The notes under the pieces: generated by a model
What the model was told of the DNA's origin: nothing
Databases searched by the model: none
What the model saw: only the letters and a program-made list of their open reading frames with translations
In this document: positions 46,748-55,109 of the stretch, piece by piece
Position numbering within the stretch: position 1 is the stretch's first letter
How the letters are laid out: each line of letters begins with the position of its first letter
Assembly: GCA_003137095.1 (NCBI GenBank)
Contig: PLET01000070.1
Span: 585 to 64,584, forward strand
Reading direction: 5' to 3'
Length of the DNA stretch: 64,000 nt
Origin: Gammaproteobacteria bacterium
Lineage (GTDB): Bacteria > Pseudomonadota > Gammaproteobacteria > Steroidobacterales > Steroidobacteraceae
Translations under genes and position numbers: made by a program

Positions 46748-47464
46748 ATGGCACAGGATCTGCGCAAGAATCACCTGCTGGCGGCGTTACCCGAGGGCGA
46801 ATGGACGCGTTGGTCGCCGTTGCTGGAACACGTGGAGATGCCCCTGGGCGAGGTGCTGTATGAGTCCGGCGTCGCACTGAAATACGTCTATTTTCCACTG
46901 ACTTCGATCGTATCCCTGCTCTACGTGATGGAAAATGGCGCCTCCGCGGAAATCGCCGTGGTAGGCAATGAGGGCATCGTCGGGGTCTCGCTGTTCATGG
47001 GAGGCGAGTCCACGCCGAGCCGGGCGGTGGTGCAAAGCGCGGGATCGGGTTGCCGGCTGACCGCCAAGGCCATGAAGGATGAGTTCGACCGGGCGGGCCC
47101 GGTCCTGCATCTGCTGCTGCGCTATACCCAGGCCCTGCTGACCCAAATGGCGCAAACAGCGGTCTGCAATCGACATCACTCGCTCGACCAGCAGCTGTGC
47201 CGCTGGTTGCTGCTGAGTCTGGACCGGCTGCAGGGCGATGAGCTCGTGATGACCCAGGAGCTGATCGCCAACATGCTGGGCGTGCGCCGCGAGGGGGTGA
47301 CGGAAGCAGCGCTTAAGCTGCAAAAGGCCGGGCTGATCCGTTACACCCGTGGCCACATGACGGTGCTGGATCGCAAAGGTCTCGAAGTGCGCACCTGCGA
47401 GTGCTATGCGGTAGTCAAAAAGGAGTACGACCGTCTACTGCCGCTGGGAGTGGCCGCGGCGTAG
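46748..47464 (+). CDS. CRP/FNR-family transcriptional regulator (paralogue C)
   Basis: Close paralogue of B ('NHLLAALPEGEW', 'VYFPLTSIVSL', 'QELIANMLGVRREGVTEAALKLQKAGLIRYTRG', 'CECY'). Start at ATG 46748 (MAQDL..). Confidence 0.85.
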   Translation: MAQDLRKNHLLAALPEGEWTRWSPLLEHVEMPLGEVLYESGVALKYVYFPLTSIVSLLYVMENGASAEIAVVGNEGIVGVSLFMGGESTPSRAVVQSAGSGCRLTAKAMKDEFDRAGPVLHLLLRYTQALLTQMAQTAVCNRHHSLDQQLCRWLLLSLDRLQGDELVMTQELIANMLGVRREGVTEAALKLQKAGLIRYTRGHMTVLDRKGLEVRTCECYAVVKKEYDRLLPLGVAAA

Positions 47465-47504
47465 CCTGGTCTTTTTTCGCGCACCGCCGCAACAGGGTCC
47501 TTCG

Positions 47505-48458
47505 ATGAATTTCACCCCCAACGCCCCCGGTGCGGCGGCGATATCCACCGCCGATGCCCTGTATGGCGCCATCGAGGCCGGCGGCACGAAGTTCGTCGTT
47601 GCCGTGGCGCATGCCACGGGTGCGATCCTCAATCAGTCACGCATTGAAACGCGCGATCCGGCCGCCACCCTGGCGGACGTGTTCGATTTTTTTCGGGCGG
47701 CGGAGCGGGCGGCGGGTGCCGTCGAGGCGTTCGGCGTGGGCAGCTTCGGTCCCCTGGAGCTGCGACGCGGCGCGCCGGGCTATGGATTCATCACCAACAC
47801 GCCGAAGCCAGGCTGGCGGAACACCGATCTGCTCGGCACCCTGCAACGCGGCTTCGCGCGGCCGGTGGGCTTCGACACCGACGTCAATGCCGCAGCGCTC
47901 GCGGAATTGCGCTGGGGCGGCGGCCGCCATCTGCAAAGCCTCGCCTATGTGACGGTGGGGACCGGCATCGGCGGCGGCATGATCCATCACGGCCAACCCG
48001 TGCATGGGTTGATGCACCCGGAGATTGGGCATGTGCGGGTGCTCCGCCACCCCACCGACAGCCTGTTTGCCGGCGTATGCCCGTTTCACGGCGACTGTCT
48101 CGAGGGCCTGGCCTCTGGTCCGGCGATCCTGGCGCGCACCGGCAGATCGCTCGCCGATACGCGGCCGAATGATCCGATCTGGGGAATCGAGGCGGACTAC
48201 CTCGGCCAATTGTGCGCCCAACTCGTGCTCATGCATTCGCCGCAGCGGATCTTCCTCGGCGGCGGGGTCATGCAGCACCAGCGCCTGTATGGCGAGATCG
48301 CGGATCGGATGCGGCACTGGCTGGGAGGGTATCTGCCGCACGAGGAGCTGCAATCGGAAAACTACGTCGTCCCGCCGGCACTCGGCGCCAATGTCGGCGT
48401 CATGGGGGCGCTGGCACTCGCCGTCGAAGCCGCCGCCGGCTTCGGTGCGCCAGGCTGA
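47505..48458 (+). CDS. ROK-family sugar kinase (fructokinase/Mak-like)
   Basis: 'YGAIEAGGTKFVVAV', 'VTVGTGIGGG', Zn motif 'HVRV..CPFHGDCLEG'. Confidence 0.85.
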   Translation: MNFTPNAPGAAAISTADALYGAIEAGGTKFVVAVAHATGAILNQSRIETRDPAATLADVFDFFRAAERAAGAVEAFGVGSFGPLELRRGAPGYGFITNTPKPGWRNTDLLGTLQRGFARPVGFDTDVNAAALAELRWGGGRHLQSLAYVTVGTGIGGGMIHHGQPVHGLMHPEIGHVRVLRHPTDSLFAGVCPFHGDCLEGLASGPAILARTGRSLADTRPNDPIWGIEADYLGQLCAQLVLMHSPQRIFLGGGVMQHQRLYGEIADRMRHWLGGYLPHEELQSENYVVPPALGANVGVMGALALAVEAAAGFGAPG

Positions 48459-49706
48459 TCAGGCGTCGATGAGCACGATGCGGATGTCATTGACGTTGGT
48501 GAGCGTCGGCCCGGTGATCACCAGGTCATCGAGCGCTGAGAACAGTGCATAGGTGTCGTTGGCGTCGAGCAGCGTGCCGACGTCAATACCCTTGGCGGCA
48601 GCGCGTGCCAGCGTGTCCGGCGACACGTAGCCGCCGGCATTGTCCTCGGATCCATCGATGCCATCGCTGTCGCAGGCCAGCGCCTCGATGCCCGCGGCGC
48701 CGTTCAGTCCGAGCGCGAGCGCCGCGAGGTACTCGAGATTCGGTCCGCCGTGTCCGTGCGGGTTGCGCACCTCGACGGTGAGCTCGCCGCCGGATATGAG
48801 CGCGCTGCGCCCGCCGGCTGCGGCATGCTTGAGCGCCTCGCGCGCATGGCGGCGTCCGACGTCACGGGCCATGCCATCGAGCCCGCCCTGCACGACCGGC
48901 GTGTAGCCGCGGGCCGCGACCGCGTGCGCGATCGCACCCAACGCATCATCATTGTTGGCGAGAACGTGAATCGGATGCGACACGGGACGCACCCGCGCAT
49001 TCGCGAGCACGCTGAGCCGCAGTTCCGGAGTGACCGCAAAGCCGTATCTTTCCAGCACGGACAGCGCCGATTCCGGATCCGGGGGGCTGAAAATCGACGG
49101 ACCGGAGGCGACCACCGATGGGTCATCGCCGACCACGTCGGAAATGATGAAGGTATGAAGCTCGGCGGCGCCGGCCGCCGCCGCCAGCCGGCCGCCTTTG
49201 ACCTTGGACAGGCTCCGGCGCACCAGATTGATGTCCGCAATGGGAGCGCCACTTCGCAGCAGATGCCCGGTGATCGACTGCTTCTGTTCGAGGCTGACGC
49301 CCTCGCACGGCAGGCACAGCAGCGAGGAGCCGCCGCCCGAGATCAGAAAGATCACGCGGTCGGCGGCGCCGGCGGCGCGCGCCAGCTCATGGATCTCCTG
49401 CGCGGCGGCACGGCCGTTCTCGTCGGGCACCGGGTGCGAGGCTTCAACCACCCGGATGGCCCCCGTGGAGGACTTCGTCACGTGACCAAATCGCGTCACC
49501 ACGCAGCCCGACACGTCGCCTTCGAGATGGGCGGCGGCCACCCCCGCCATCGCCGCCGCCGCCTTGCCGGCACCGAGCACCAGGGTGCGCCCGCGCGGCG
49601 CGCCCCGCGGCAGCAATCCGGGCAATGCCGCCTCGGCGCTGCAGCGTGCCACGCCGAGGGCAAACAGCGCGCGCAACCACGCCTCGTGCGAGGACGGTGC
49701 GCTCAT
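48459..49706 (-). CDS. Glycerate 2-kinase / hydroxypyruvate-reductase-like (DUF4147 + MOFRL)
   Basis: 'LVLGAGKAAAAMA', 'FLISGGGSSLL', 'LISGGELTVEV..GHGGPNLEY'. ATG 49706 overlaps the AKR stop (ATGA). Listed start 50054 is spurious. It abuts the convergent ROK gene with no gap. Confidence 0.85.
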   Translation of the reverse strand: MSAPSSHEAWLRALFALGVARCSAEAALPGLLPRGAPRGRTLVLGAGKAAAAMAGVAAAHLEGDVSGCVVTRFGHVTKSSTGAIRVVEASHPVPDENGRAAAQEIHELARAAGAADRVIFLISGGGSSLLCLPCEGVSLEQKQSITGHLLRSGAPIADINLVRRSLSKVKGGRLAAAAGAAELHTFIISDVVGDDPSVVASGPSIFSPPDPESALSVLERYGFAVTPELRLSVLANARVRPVSHPIHVLANNDDALGAIAHAVAARGYTPVVQGGLDGMARDVGRRHAREALKHAAAGGRSALISGGELTVEVRNPHGHGGPNLEYLAALALGLNGAAGIEALACDSDGIDGSEDNAGGYVSPDTLARAAAKGIDVGTLLDANDTYALFSALDDLVITGPTLTNVNDIRIVLIDA

Positions 49707-50653
49707 GCGCTCGCGGCGTTCAATTGTGCGAGCGCTGCCGGATCCAGCGCCAGGCGCGTGGCGGCGGCCAAATCGCCGAGCTGGGCCACGGTCGTCGCGC
49801 TCGCGATCGGTGCCGTGATGCCCGGTCGCGCAATCTGCCAGGCGAGCGCCACGCTCGCAGCCGAAGCGCCCAGGCGCAGCGCCACTGCATCGAGTGACGC
49901 CAGGATTCGCCTGCCGCGATCGTTCAGGTATTTGTCGACGACACCCTTGCCGCGCGCGCTCTTGGCGGCATCCGCCGTACTGCGATACTTGCCGCTCAGA
50001 AATCCGGAGGCGAGGGCGGAGTAGCTCACGACGCCGACCTGGCGCTGCAGGCAAAGCGGTTCCAGTGCGGATTCGTAACCGGCGCGCTCGTACAGGTTGT
50101 ATTGCGGCTGCAGCGCCTCATAGCGCGGCAGGCCGTGCCGGCCGCTTGCGTCGAGCGCCTCGGCGAGGCGGGCCGCGGTGAAATTGGAGGCGCCGATGGC
50201 GCGCACCTTGCCCGCGGCGATCAACCGTTGATAGGCGCCGAGCGTCTCCTCCATGGGTACGCTCGCGTCATCGCAGTGCGAGAAATACAGGTCGATATAG
50301 TCGGTTCGCAGCCGCCGCAGGGAGTCCTCGGCCGAACGCGTGATATGAGCCGCTGACAGTCCCTTGCGGCCGGGCGCGATTTCCATGCCCACCTTGGTCG
50401 CGATCACCACATCCGCGCGCTTGGCGCCGCGCTGCAGCCAATGGCCGATGATGGTTTCCGATTCGCCGCCGCGGTGGCCCGCCACCCACACCGAATAGAT
50501 GTCCGCGGTGTCGATGAAATTGAGTCCGGCGGCCACGGCCGCATCCAATACCGAGAAGGACACGGCCTGGTCGGCGGTCCACCCGAACACGTTGCCGCCG
50601 AGGCACAGGGGCGGCACCTGCAAACTGGAACGGCCAAGGTGACGCAGCGGCAA
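49703..50653 (-). CDS. Aldo/keto reductase
   Basis: 'LPLRHLGRSSLQVPPLCLGGNVFG', 'FIDTADIYS', 'ATKVG', 'GASNF'. Start proposed at TTG 50653, 6 nt after GGAGG. The listed 503-aa ORF is an upstream extension. Confidence 0.8.
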   Translation of the reverse strand: MPLRHLGRSSLQVPPLCLGGNVFGWTADQAVSFSVLDAAVAAGLNFIDTADIYSVWVAGHRGGESETIIGHWLQRGAKRADVVIATKVGMEIAPGRKGLSAAHITRSAEDSLRRLRTDYIDLYFSHCDDASVPMEETLGAYQRLIAAGKVRAIGASNFTAARLAEALDASGRHGLPRYEALQPQYNLYERAGYESALEPLCLQRQVGVVSYSALASGFLSGKYRSTADAAKSARGKGVVDKYLNDRGRRILASLDAVALRLGASAASVALAWQIARPGITAPIASATTVAQLGDLAAATRLALDPAALAQLNAASA

Positions 50654-50711
50654 GACGACCTCCGGATCCGGGTGGCGGAAATGGCGATTGTCTCCGATAT
50701 TGCGGCGGCGG

Positions 50712-51611
50712 TCATGCTCCCGGGGCGGCCAGCAGCTGCACCCAGTACAGGCCGTGCCGGCTGACCGGACCTGCGACATAGGCAATGCCCATTTCGGCAA
50801 ACCGGGGATCCATGATGTTCTCGCAATGACCGGGGCTGTCGAGCCAGCCTTGTACCACTTCCTCCGCCGACTTCGGCCCATAGGCGATGTTCTCGCCCAC
50901 CAGCTTCTCCCGGTATCCCACCGCGCGCACCCGCTGCGCCGGCGAGCGACCGGAGCGATCTTCGTGTTCGAAATAATTATGCGTAGCCATGTCGGCGGCG
51001 TGACCCCGCGCGACGTCCTCCAGGGTCGGCGACAGCCGCACGGGCGGCGCCGGTCCGAAGGCGCGTTCACCGCAGCGAACGCCGCGGGCCCGCGCCTGGT
51101 TGACGAGCTGCAGGGCACGGCTTGCCAGCACCGGCGCCTGCGCGGCGGCGGGCGCGACATAGGCGGAAGCCAGGATGAGCCACGATTCGGAGCCGCGATG
51201 ATAGATTCCCACATCGCGCAGGCTGCGCTGCGCTACCGAGTGGCAGCGATCACGCCGCAGCAGCTGCAGGGCGGAGGATTCCGTGCCGCGGAGGTGCACC
51301 GCCTGGGTCGCCTCCACGGGGTAGCCGCTGCGCTGTGCCGCTTCAGCGGGTCCGGAGCCGGCGGCCCACCGTTCGGCAGCCCGATCGAGCAGGGCATTGC
51401 GGCGCAGGGGCTGCACGGCCGGAAGCAGGCCGCCGCAGCCCCCCTCGCGCAGATACTGCACGGCCGAGAGCACGTCGGATGATGCGGTCACGCCGGCCGA
51501 CGCGGTCACGCCGGCCGACGCGGCTACGCCGGCCGACGCGGCTACGCCGGCCGATATCCCCCCGGCGAGGATCAGCCAGCCTGCAAGTTGCGCAATAGAA
51601 ATGCCATTCAC
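50712..51611 (-). CDS. Secreted CAP/SCP (YkwD-like) domain protein with N-terminal hexapeptide repeats
   Basis: C-terminal 'ATHNYFEHEDRSGRSP..GENIAYG..VVQGWLDSPGHCENIM'. (SAGV[AT]A)x4 repeat. Start proposed at GTG 51611, 7 nt after GGCGGAG. Confidence 0.7.
   Translation of the reverse strand: MNGISIAQLAGWLILAGGISAGVAASAGVAASAGVTASAGVTASSDVLSAVQYLREGGCGGLLPAVQPLRRNALLDRAAERWAAGSGPAEAAQRSGYPVEATQAVHLRGTESSALQLLRRDRCHSVAQRSLRDVGIYHRGSESWLILASAYVAPAAAQAPVLASRALQLVNQARARGVRCGERAFGPAPPVRLSPTLEDVARGHAADMATHNYFEHEDRSGRSPAQRVRAVGYREKLVGENIAYGPKSAEEVVQGWLDSPGHCENIMDPRFAEMGIAYVAGPVSRHGLYWVQLLAAPGA
51484..51555. repeat. 4 x 18-nt perfect-register tandem repeat inside the CAP gene
   Basis: gcggtcacgccggccgac x2, gcggctacgccggccgac, gcggctacgccggccgat. 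Encodes SAGVAA/SAGVTA on the minus strand. Confidence 0.9.
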
Positions 51612-51795
51612 GCCGTGACTCCGCCGCCCGTTACCAGGGGTATCCCTACAGGCAACGCACGGCCCGCGCATCGGATGACGCGCAGCGGCGGCGGTGGTCA
51701 CCGTGGGGTGTGTGCGACAGCGAACAGACCCGCCACCGGCGCGCCTGTAGCCTCGCGCATCGAACCCTCACCGCATGCACCCGGAGGCCCTCGTC

Positions 51796-52290
51796 ATGCC
51801 AAGACCCCCCGTCGCGTTCCGCCGATCGTTCGCCTGTTTGCTGATCGCCGCGGCCGCCGCAGTGGCAACGGCGCAGGCGGATCCTGCTTACGTGCAACAG
51901 CAGCTGTACGACGCGCTCGCCAAGGGGGACGTGGGCGGGGCGCTTGCGCTGTTCACCGACGACGCGGTGGTCGATACGGAGAGCGGCCTGTGCGCGCAGG
52001 CGCCGTGCGTGGGCAAGACCGCCATCCGCAAGGACTTCGAGCGCTACGTCAAGGACACGAGTCGACGGGTCACCGCACTCAGCACCTATGTCTCGGGAAA
52101 CGTGCTGGTGACGCGCTTCGAGGCCCGCAGTGCCACCATTCAGAAGGCCGGCGTCGATCGCATCATCCTTTGGGGGATCCGCGAAATGCGCGGCGATCTG
52201 ATCGCCTCGTCGCGCTGCTGCCTGCCGGATCGCACCGACGCGCAGACGGCCCGCTTCCTCGAATGGGATTATGCGCATCCGGGCCACTAG
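51796..52290 (+). CDS. Secreted NTF2/SnoaL-like protein
   Basis: Signal peptide MPRPPVAFRRSFACLLIAAAAAVATAQA, then 'LYDALAKGDVGGALALFTDDAVV' typical of the SnoaL/NTF2 fold. Confidence 0.6.
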   Translation: MPRPPVAFRRSFACLLIAAAAAVATAQADPAYVQQQLYDALAKGDVGGALALFTDDAVVDTESGLCAQAPCVGKTAIRKDFERYVKDTSRRVTALSTYVSGNVLVTRFEARSATIQKAGVDRIILWGIREMRGDLIASSRCCLPDRTDAQTARFLEWDYAHPGH

Positions 52291-52308
52291 CGGCCGATGC
52301 AACGAAAC

Positions 52309-54456
52309 TCAAGGAGTATTGTGATGCGTAGATACGCCATGGCGATCTTGATCCTCAGCAGCCTGCTGGGTGGGTGTGTGGTTGGATGGGGAGGCGGCGG
52401 GTTTCGCGGGGGTGGCGGCGGGTTCTATCACCATCACGATTGGCGCTGAGGGGGCCACGGGTTCCCCGAGCAGCTGATCCAGCTCCTCCGGTCGGATGGG
52501 CTTGGCGAGATAGCCGTCCATGCCGGCCGCGAGACAGCGCTCACGGTCATCGGTCATGGCATGCGCCGTCAAGGCGATGATTCTGAGGCGGGGACCGCCG
52601 TTCGCCTCCTTGGCGCGAATGGCCGCGGTGGTCTGCCATCCATCGACTTCAGGCATCTGCAAGTCCATGAAGACGACGTCGAATGACTCCTCCGCCAGGA
52701 CCTGCAGCGCCAGCAGGCCGTTGGCGGCAATCCGCACCGAATGCCCGCGCTTCTCGAGCAGACGTTTGGCGACGAGCTGATTCACTGGGTTGTCCTCGGC
52801 TACCAGTATGCGCAGCGGCCGGCCCGGCGCAGCCGCCGGCGGGGCGGATGCCGCTGCGGTATCGCCGGCGGAGCCGTGTGCGGCTCCCAGCACCTGCAGG
52901 ATGGAGTTGCGCAACTCCAGCTGACGTATCGGCTTGAGCAGATAGGCGGCGACGCCGAGCTGCTTGCAACGCTCCAGGTCGCCGCGCTGCCCTCCCGAGG
53001 TCAGCATCATGATGGCCGCGGTCCGCAGTTCCGGATTGTCCTGAATGCGCTCGATGAGGTCGAATCCGTCCATGTCCGGCATGTGCATGTCGGTGAGGAT
53101 GAGGGCGAACGGATCCTGGTCGTGATGCGCCTTGATGAGTGCCCGGATGGCCCCGGGGCCATCCTCGACCGCCGCCGATCGCATGCCCCATAGATTCAGC
53201 ATTCCGATCAGGATCCGTCGATTGCTGAGATTATCGTCGACGATCAAGGCCTTCACGCCACGCAGGGCTTCCGGGGCCGCGCTGGCGACCGGTTCGTGCG
53301 ACTGCAGATGCGCCCGCGGCAGCATCACCGCAAAGTGGAAGCAGGAGCCCTGGCCGGGTTCGCTCTCGACCCAAAGCCGGCCGCCCATGAGCCGCGCCAG
53401 CCGCGCGCAGATGGTCAATCCGAGTCCGGTGCCCCCGTAATTGCGCGTGGTCGCGCTGTCGACCTGCGTGAAGGCGTCGAAAATCAGCTCGTGCTTGTCC
53501 TTCGGGATGCCGATGCCGGTGTCAGACACGGTGAACTGGAGCGGACATGCCGCACCCTGCGCCGTGCCCGCCTCAACCCGGACGGCGACCTCGCCCTTGG
53601 CGGTGAACTTGATGGCGTTGCCCACCAGATTGATGATGATCTGCCGCAGTCGGTTGGGATCGCCCCGCACGAACTGGGGTATGTCGCGCCCCAAATCGCA
53701 CAGCAGCTCGAGGCCCTTCTGGTTGGCCCGCAGCGCGAGGGTCCTCAAGGTCGAATGCAGGCATTCCGGCAGATCGAAATCGACGATGTCGAGCTCGTAT
53801 CGGCCCGCCTCGATCTTGGAAAAATCGAGCACATCGTTGATGACGCAGAGCAGGCTGTCCGCAGACAGCTTCACGGTATCGAGCATTTCCCGCTGCTCCA
53901 GGGTCAGCGTCGTTTCCAGCGCGAGATCGGTCATGCCGATGATGCCGTTGAGCGGGGTGCGCATTTCATGGCTCATGTTCGCCAGGAATTCGCTCTTTGC
54001 GCGATTCGCCGCCTCGGCCGTCTCCTTGGCGTCGCGCAGGATCTTTTGGGCCTCGATGCGCTCGCCCACATCGAGGAAGGTCACCACCGAGCCGATGATG
54101 GCGTCGCCGCGGTGGATCGGCCGCGACCAGCATTCCGCCAGAATGCGCATGCCGTCCTTGCGCCACATCGCATCGCAGTCCATGTGGGTGGCTTCGCCGC
54201 TGTGCAGCGCCGCGTAGATCTGGCATTCCTCCACGGGATAGGGCGAGCCGTCGGCCTTGCTGTGGTGGACCATGGTGTGCATGTTCCGGCCGAGCAGTTC
54301 ATCGGCGGACGCGTAGCCGAGCATCTGCAGGCAGGCGGCGTTGCAGAAAGTGGCGTTGCCCTGGTCGTCGATCCCGTAGATCGCCTCCGGCGCCCCCTCC
54401 AGCAGCAGCCGCACCAGCTCGCCGTGGTCCGCAGATTGCAGATGGGGAGTGTGCAT
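52309..54456 (-). CDS. PAS hybrid sensor histidine kinase with two receiver domains
   Basis: PAS 'IYGIDDQGNATFCNAACLQMLGY', H-box 'SHEMRTPLNGIIGMTDL', 'DTGIGIP', 'GTGLGL'. Receivers 'ALIVDDNLSN..ILTDMHMPDMDG' and 'ILVAEDNPVN..VFMDLQMPEVDG'. Confidence 0.85.
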   Translation of the reverse strand: MHTPHLQSADHGELVRLLLEGAPEAIYGIDDQGNATFCNAACLQMLGYASADELLGRNMHTMVHHSKADGSPYPVEECQIYAALHSGEATHMDCDAMWRKDGMRILAECWSRPIHRGDAIIGSVVTFLDVGERIEAQKILRDAKETAEAANRAKSEFLANMSHEMRTPLNGIIGMTDLALETTLTLEQREMLDTVKLSADSLLCVINDVLDFSKIEAGRYELDIVDFDLPECLHSTLRTLALRANQKGLELLCDLGRDIPQFVRGDPNRLRQIIINLVGNAIKFTAKGEVAVRVEAGTAQGAACPLQFTVSDTGIGIPKDKHELIFDAFTQVDSATTRNYGGTGLGLTICARLARLMGGRLWVESEPGQGSCFHFAVMLPRAHLQSHEPVASAAPEALRGVKALIVDDNLSNRRILIGMLNLWGMRSAAVEDGPGAIRALIKAHHDQDPFALILTDMHMPDMDGFDLIERIQDNPELRTAAIMMLTSGGQRGDLERCKQLGVAAYLLKPIRQLELRNSILQVLGAAHGSAGDTAAASAPPAAAPGRPLRILVAEDNPVNQLVAKRLLEKRGHSVRIAANGLLALQVLAEESFDVVFMDLQMPEVDGWQTTAAIRAKEANGGPRLRIIALTAHAMTDDRERCLAAGMDGYLAKPIRPEELDQLLGEPVAPSAPIVMVIEPAATPAKPAASPSNHTPTQQAAEDQDRHGVSTHHNTP
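52324..52449 (+). CDS. Hypothetical 41-aa Gly-rich lipoprotein (not in ORF track)
   Basis: AAGGAG (52311-52316) 7 nt before the ATG. MRRYAMAILILSSLLGGC|VVGWGGGGFRGGGGGFYHHHDWR with lipobox-like LGGC. It lies antisense to the 3' tail of the kinase ORF. Confidence 0.45.
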   Translation: MRRYAMAILILSSLLGGCVVGWGGGGFRGGGGGFYHHHDWR

Positions 54457-54595
54457 CAGGTTCCCGCGCGTGTAGGACTCGAACTGAATCCGGGTTATCG
54501 GCGGCCGCGGGACTTTTTGTAGGCATGAACCCCGATATTCCAGACATTATATAATGCGGGCGGACGAGTCGGTCGTTTGACGACTGTAGGAGCTG

Positions 54596-54934
54596 ATGAA
54601 ATTGACGAACCTTACCGGTCATCGAGGACTGCACATGCTTCTTTGCATCGCGGCGCTGGGTCTTGCGGCCGCGCGTTGCCCGGCCGACGAGCTGCCGCAG
54701 AACGGCAAGGAGGCCTACCTCAAGGGCTGCGCGTCCTGCCACGCCACGGGCATCGACGGAGCTCCCCGGGTCGGCGACCATGCCCAGTGGGGCCTGCTCA
54801 TCGGCATGGGCAAGCGCACTTTGTACAAGTACACCATCCAGGGTCGCGGCACCATGGCGCCGCGCGGCGGCACCAATTGGCCCGACGCCACCTTGCGCGC
54901 GGCGGTCGATTACATGGTGGAACTCAACAAGTAG
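54596..54934 (+). CDS. Cytochrome c5-family protein
   Basis: Haem motif CASCH, 'GAPRVGD', 'GTMAPRGG', 'VDYMV'. Paralogue of 1583..1933. Start may be the internal ATG (MLLCIAALG..). Confidence 0.85.
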   Translation: MKLTNLTGHRGLHMLLCIAALGLAAARCPADELPQNGKEAYLKGCASCHATGIDGAPRVGDHAQWGLLIGMGKRTLYKYTIQGRGTMAPRGGTNWPDATLRAAVDYMVELNK

Positions 54935-55109
54935 CCGGGTCGGGAGAGAACCGGCGGGTACGTCCGGATGCCCAGACCGGCGCCTGAAGGTATCGTGGCT
55001 TGTGCCTACGCCGCGGGCCGCCGGCAGCAGGTATAGTTCGCGGCGCAATGGCGCCGTGCGCGTTGCCGAATCTTTGGGCGCGTTGCCGCTTTTTTTTGGG
55101 AGAACTAAC

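Noticed and set aside
49707-51214. N-terminal extensions of listed ORFs 48459..50054 and 49703..51214
   Set aside because: The family-typical N-termini (glycerate kinase MSAPSSHEAW.., aldo/keto reductase LPLRHLGRS..) start far downstream. The extensions overlap neighbouring genes and are Arg/Pro-rich.
51484-51555. Tandem 18-nt repeats considered as a CRISPR-like or minisatellite array
   Set aside because: The units are contiguous with no spacers, in frame, and inside a coding sequence. It is a coding hexapeptide repeat, not a CRISPR array.
54470-54495. 'GGACTCGAACTGAATCC', resembling a reverse-strand tRNA T-arm and sharing the 12-mer CTCGAACTGAA with 22040-22055 at the islet edge
   Set aside because: No cloverleaf can be drawn. 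A shared 12-mer is expected many times by chance among the pairwise comparisons in 64 kb, so it is no evidence of an att site or repeat family.
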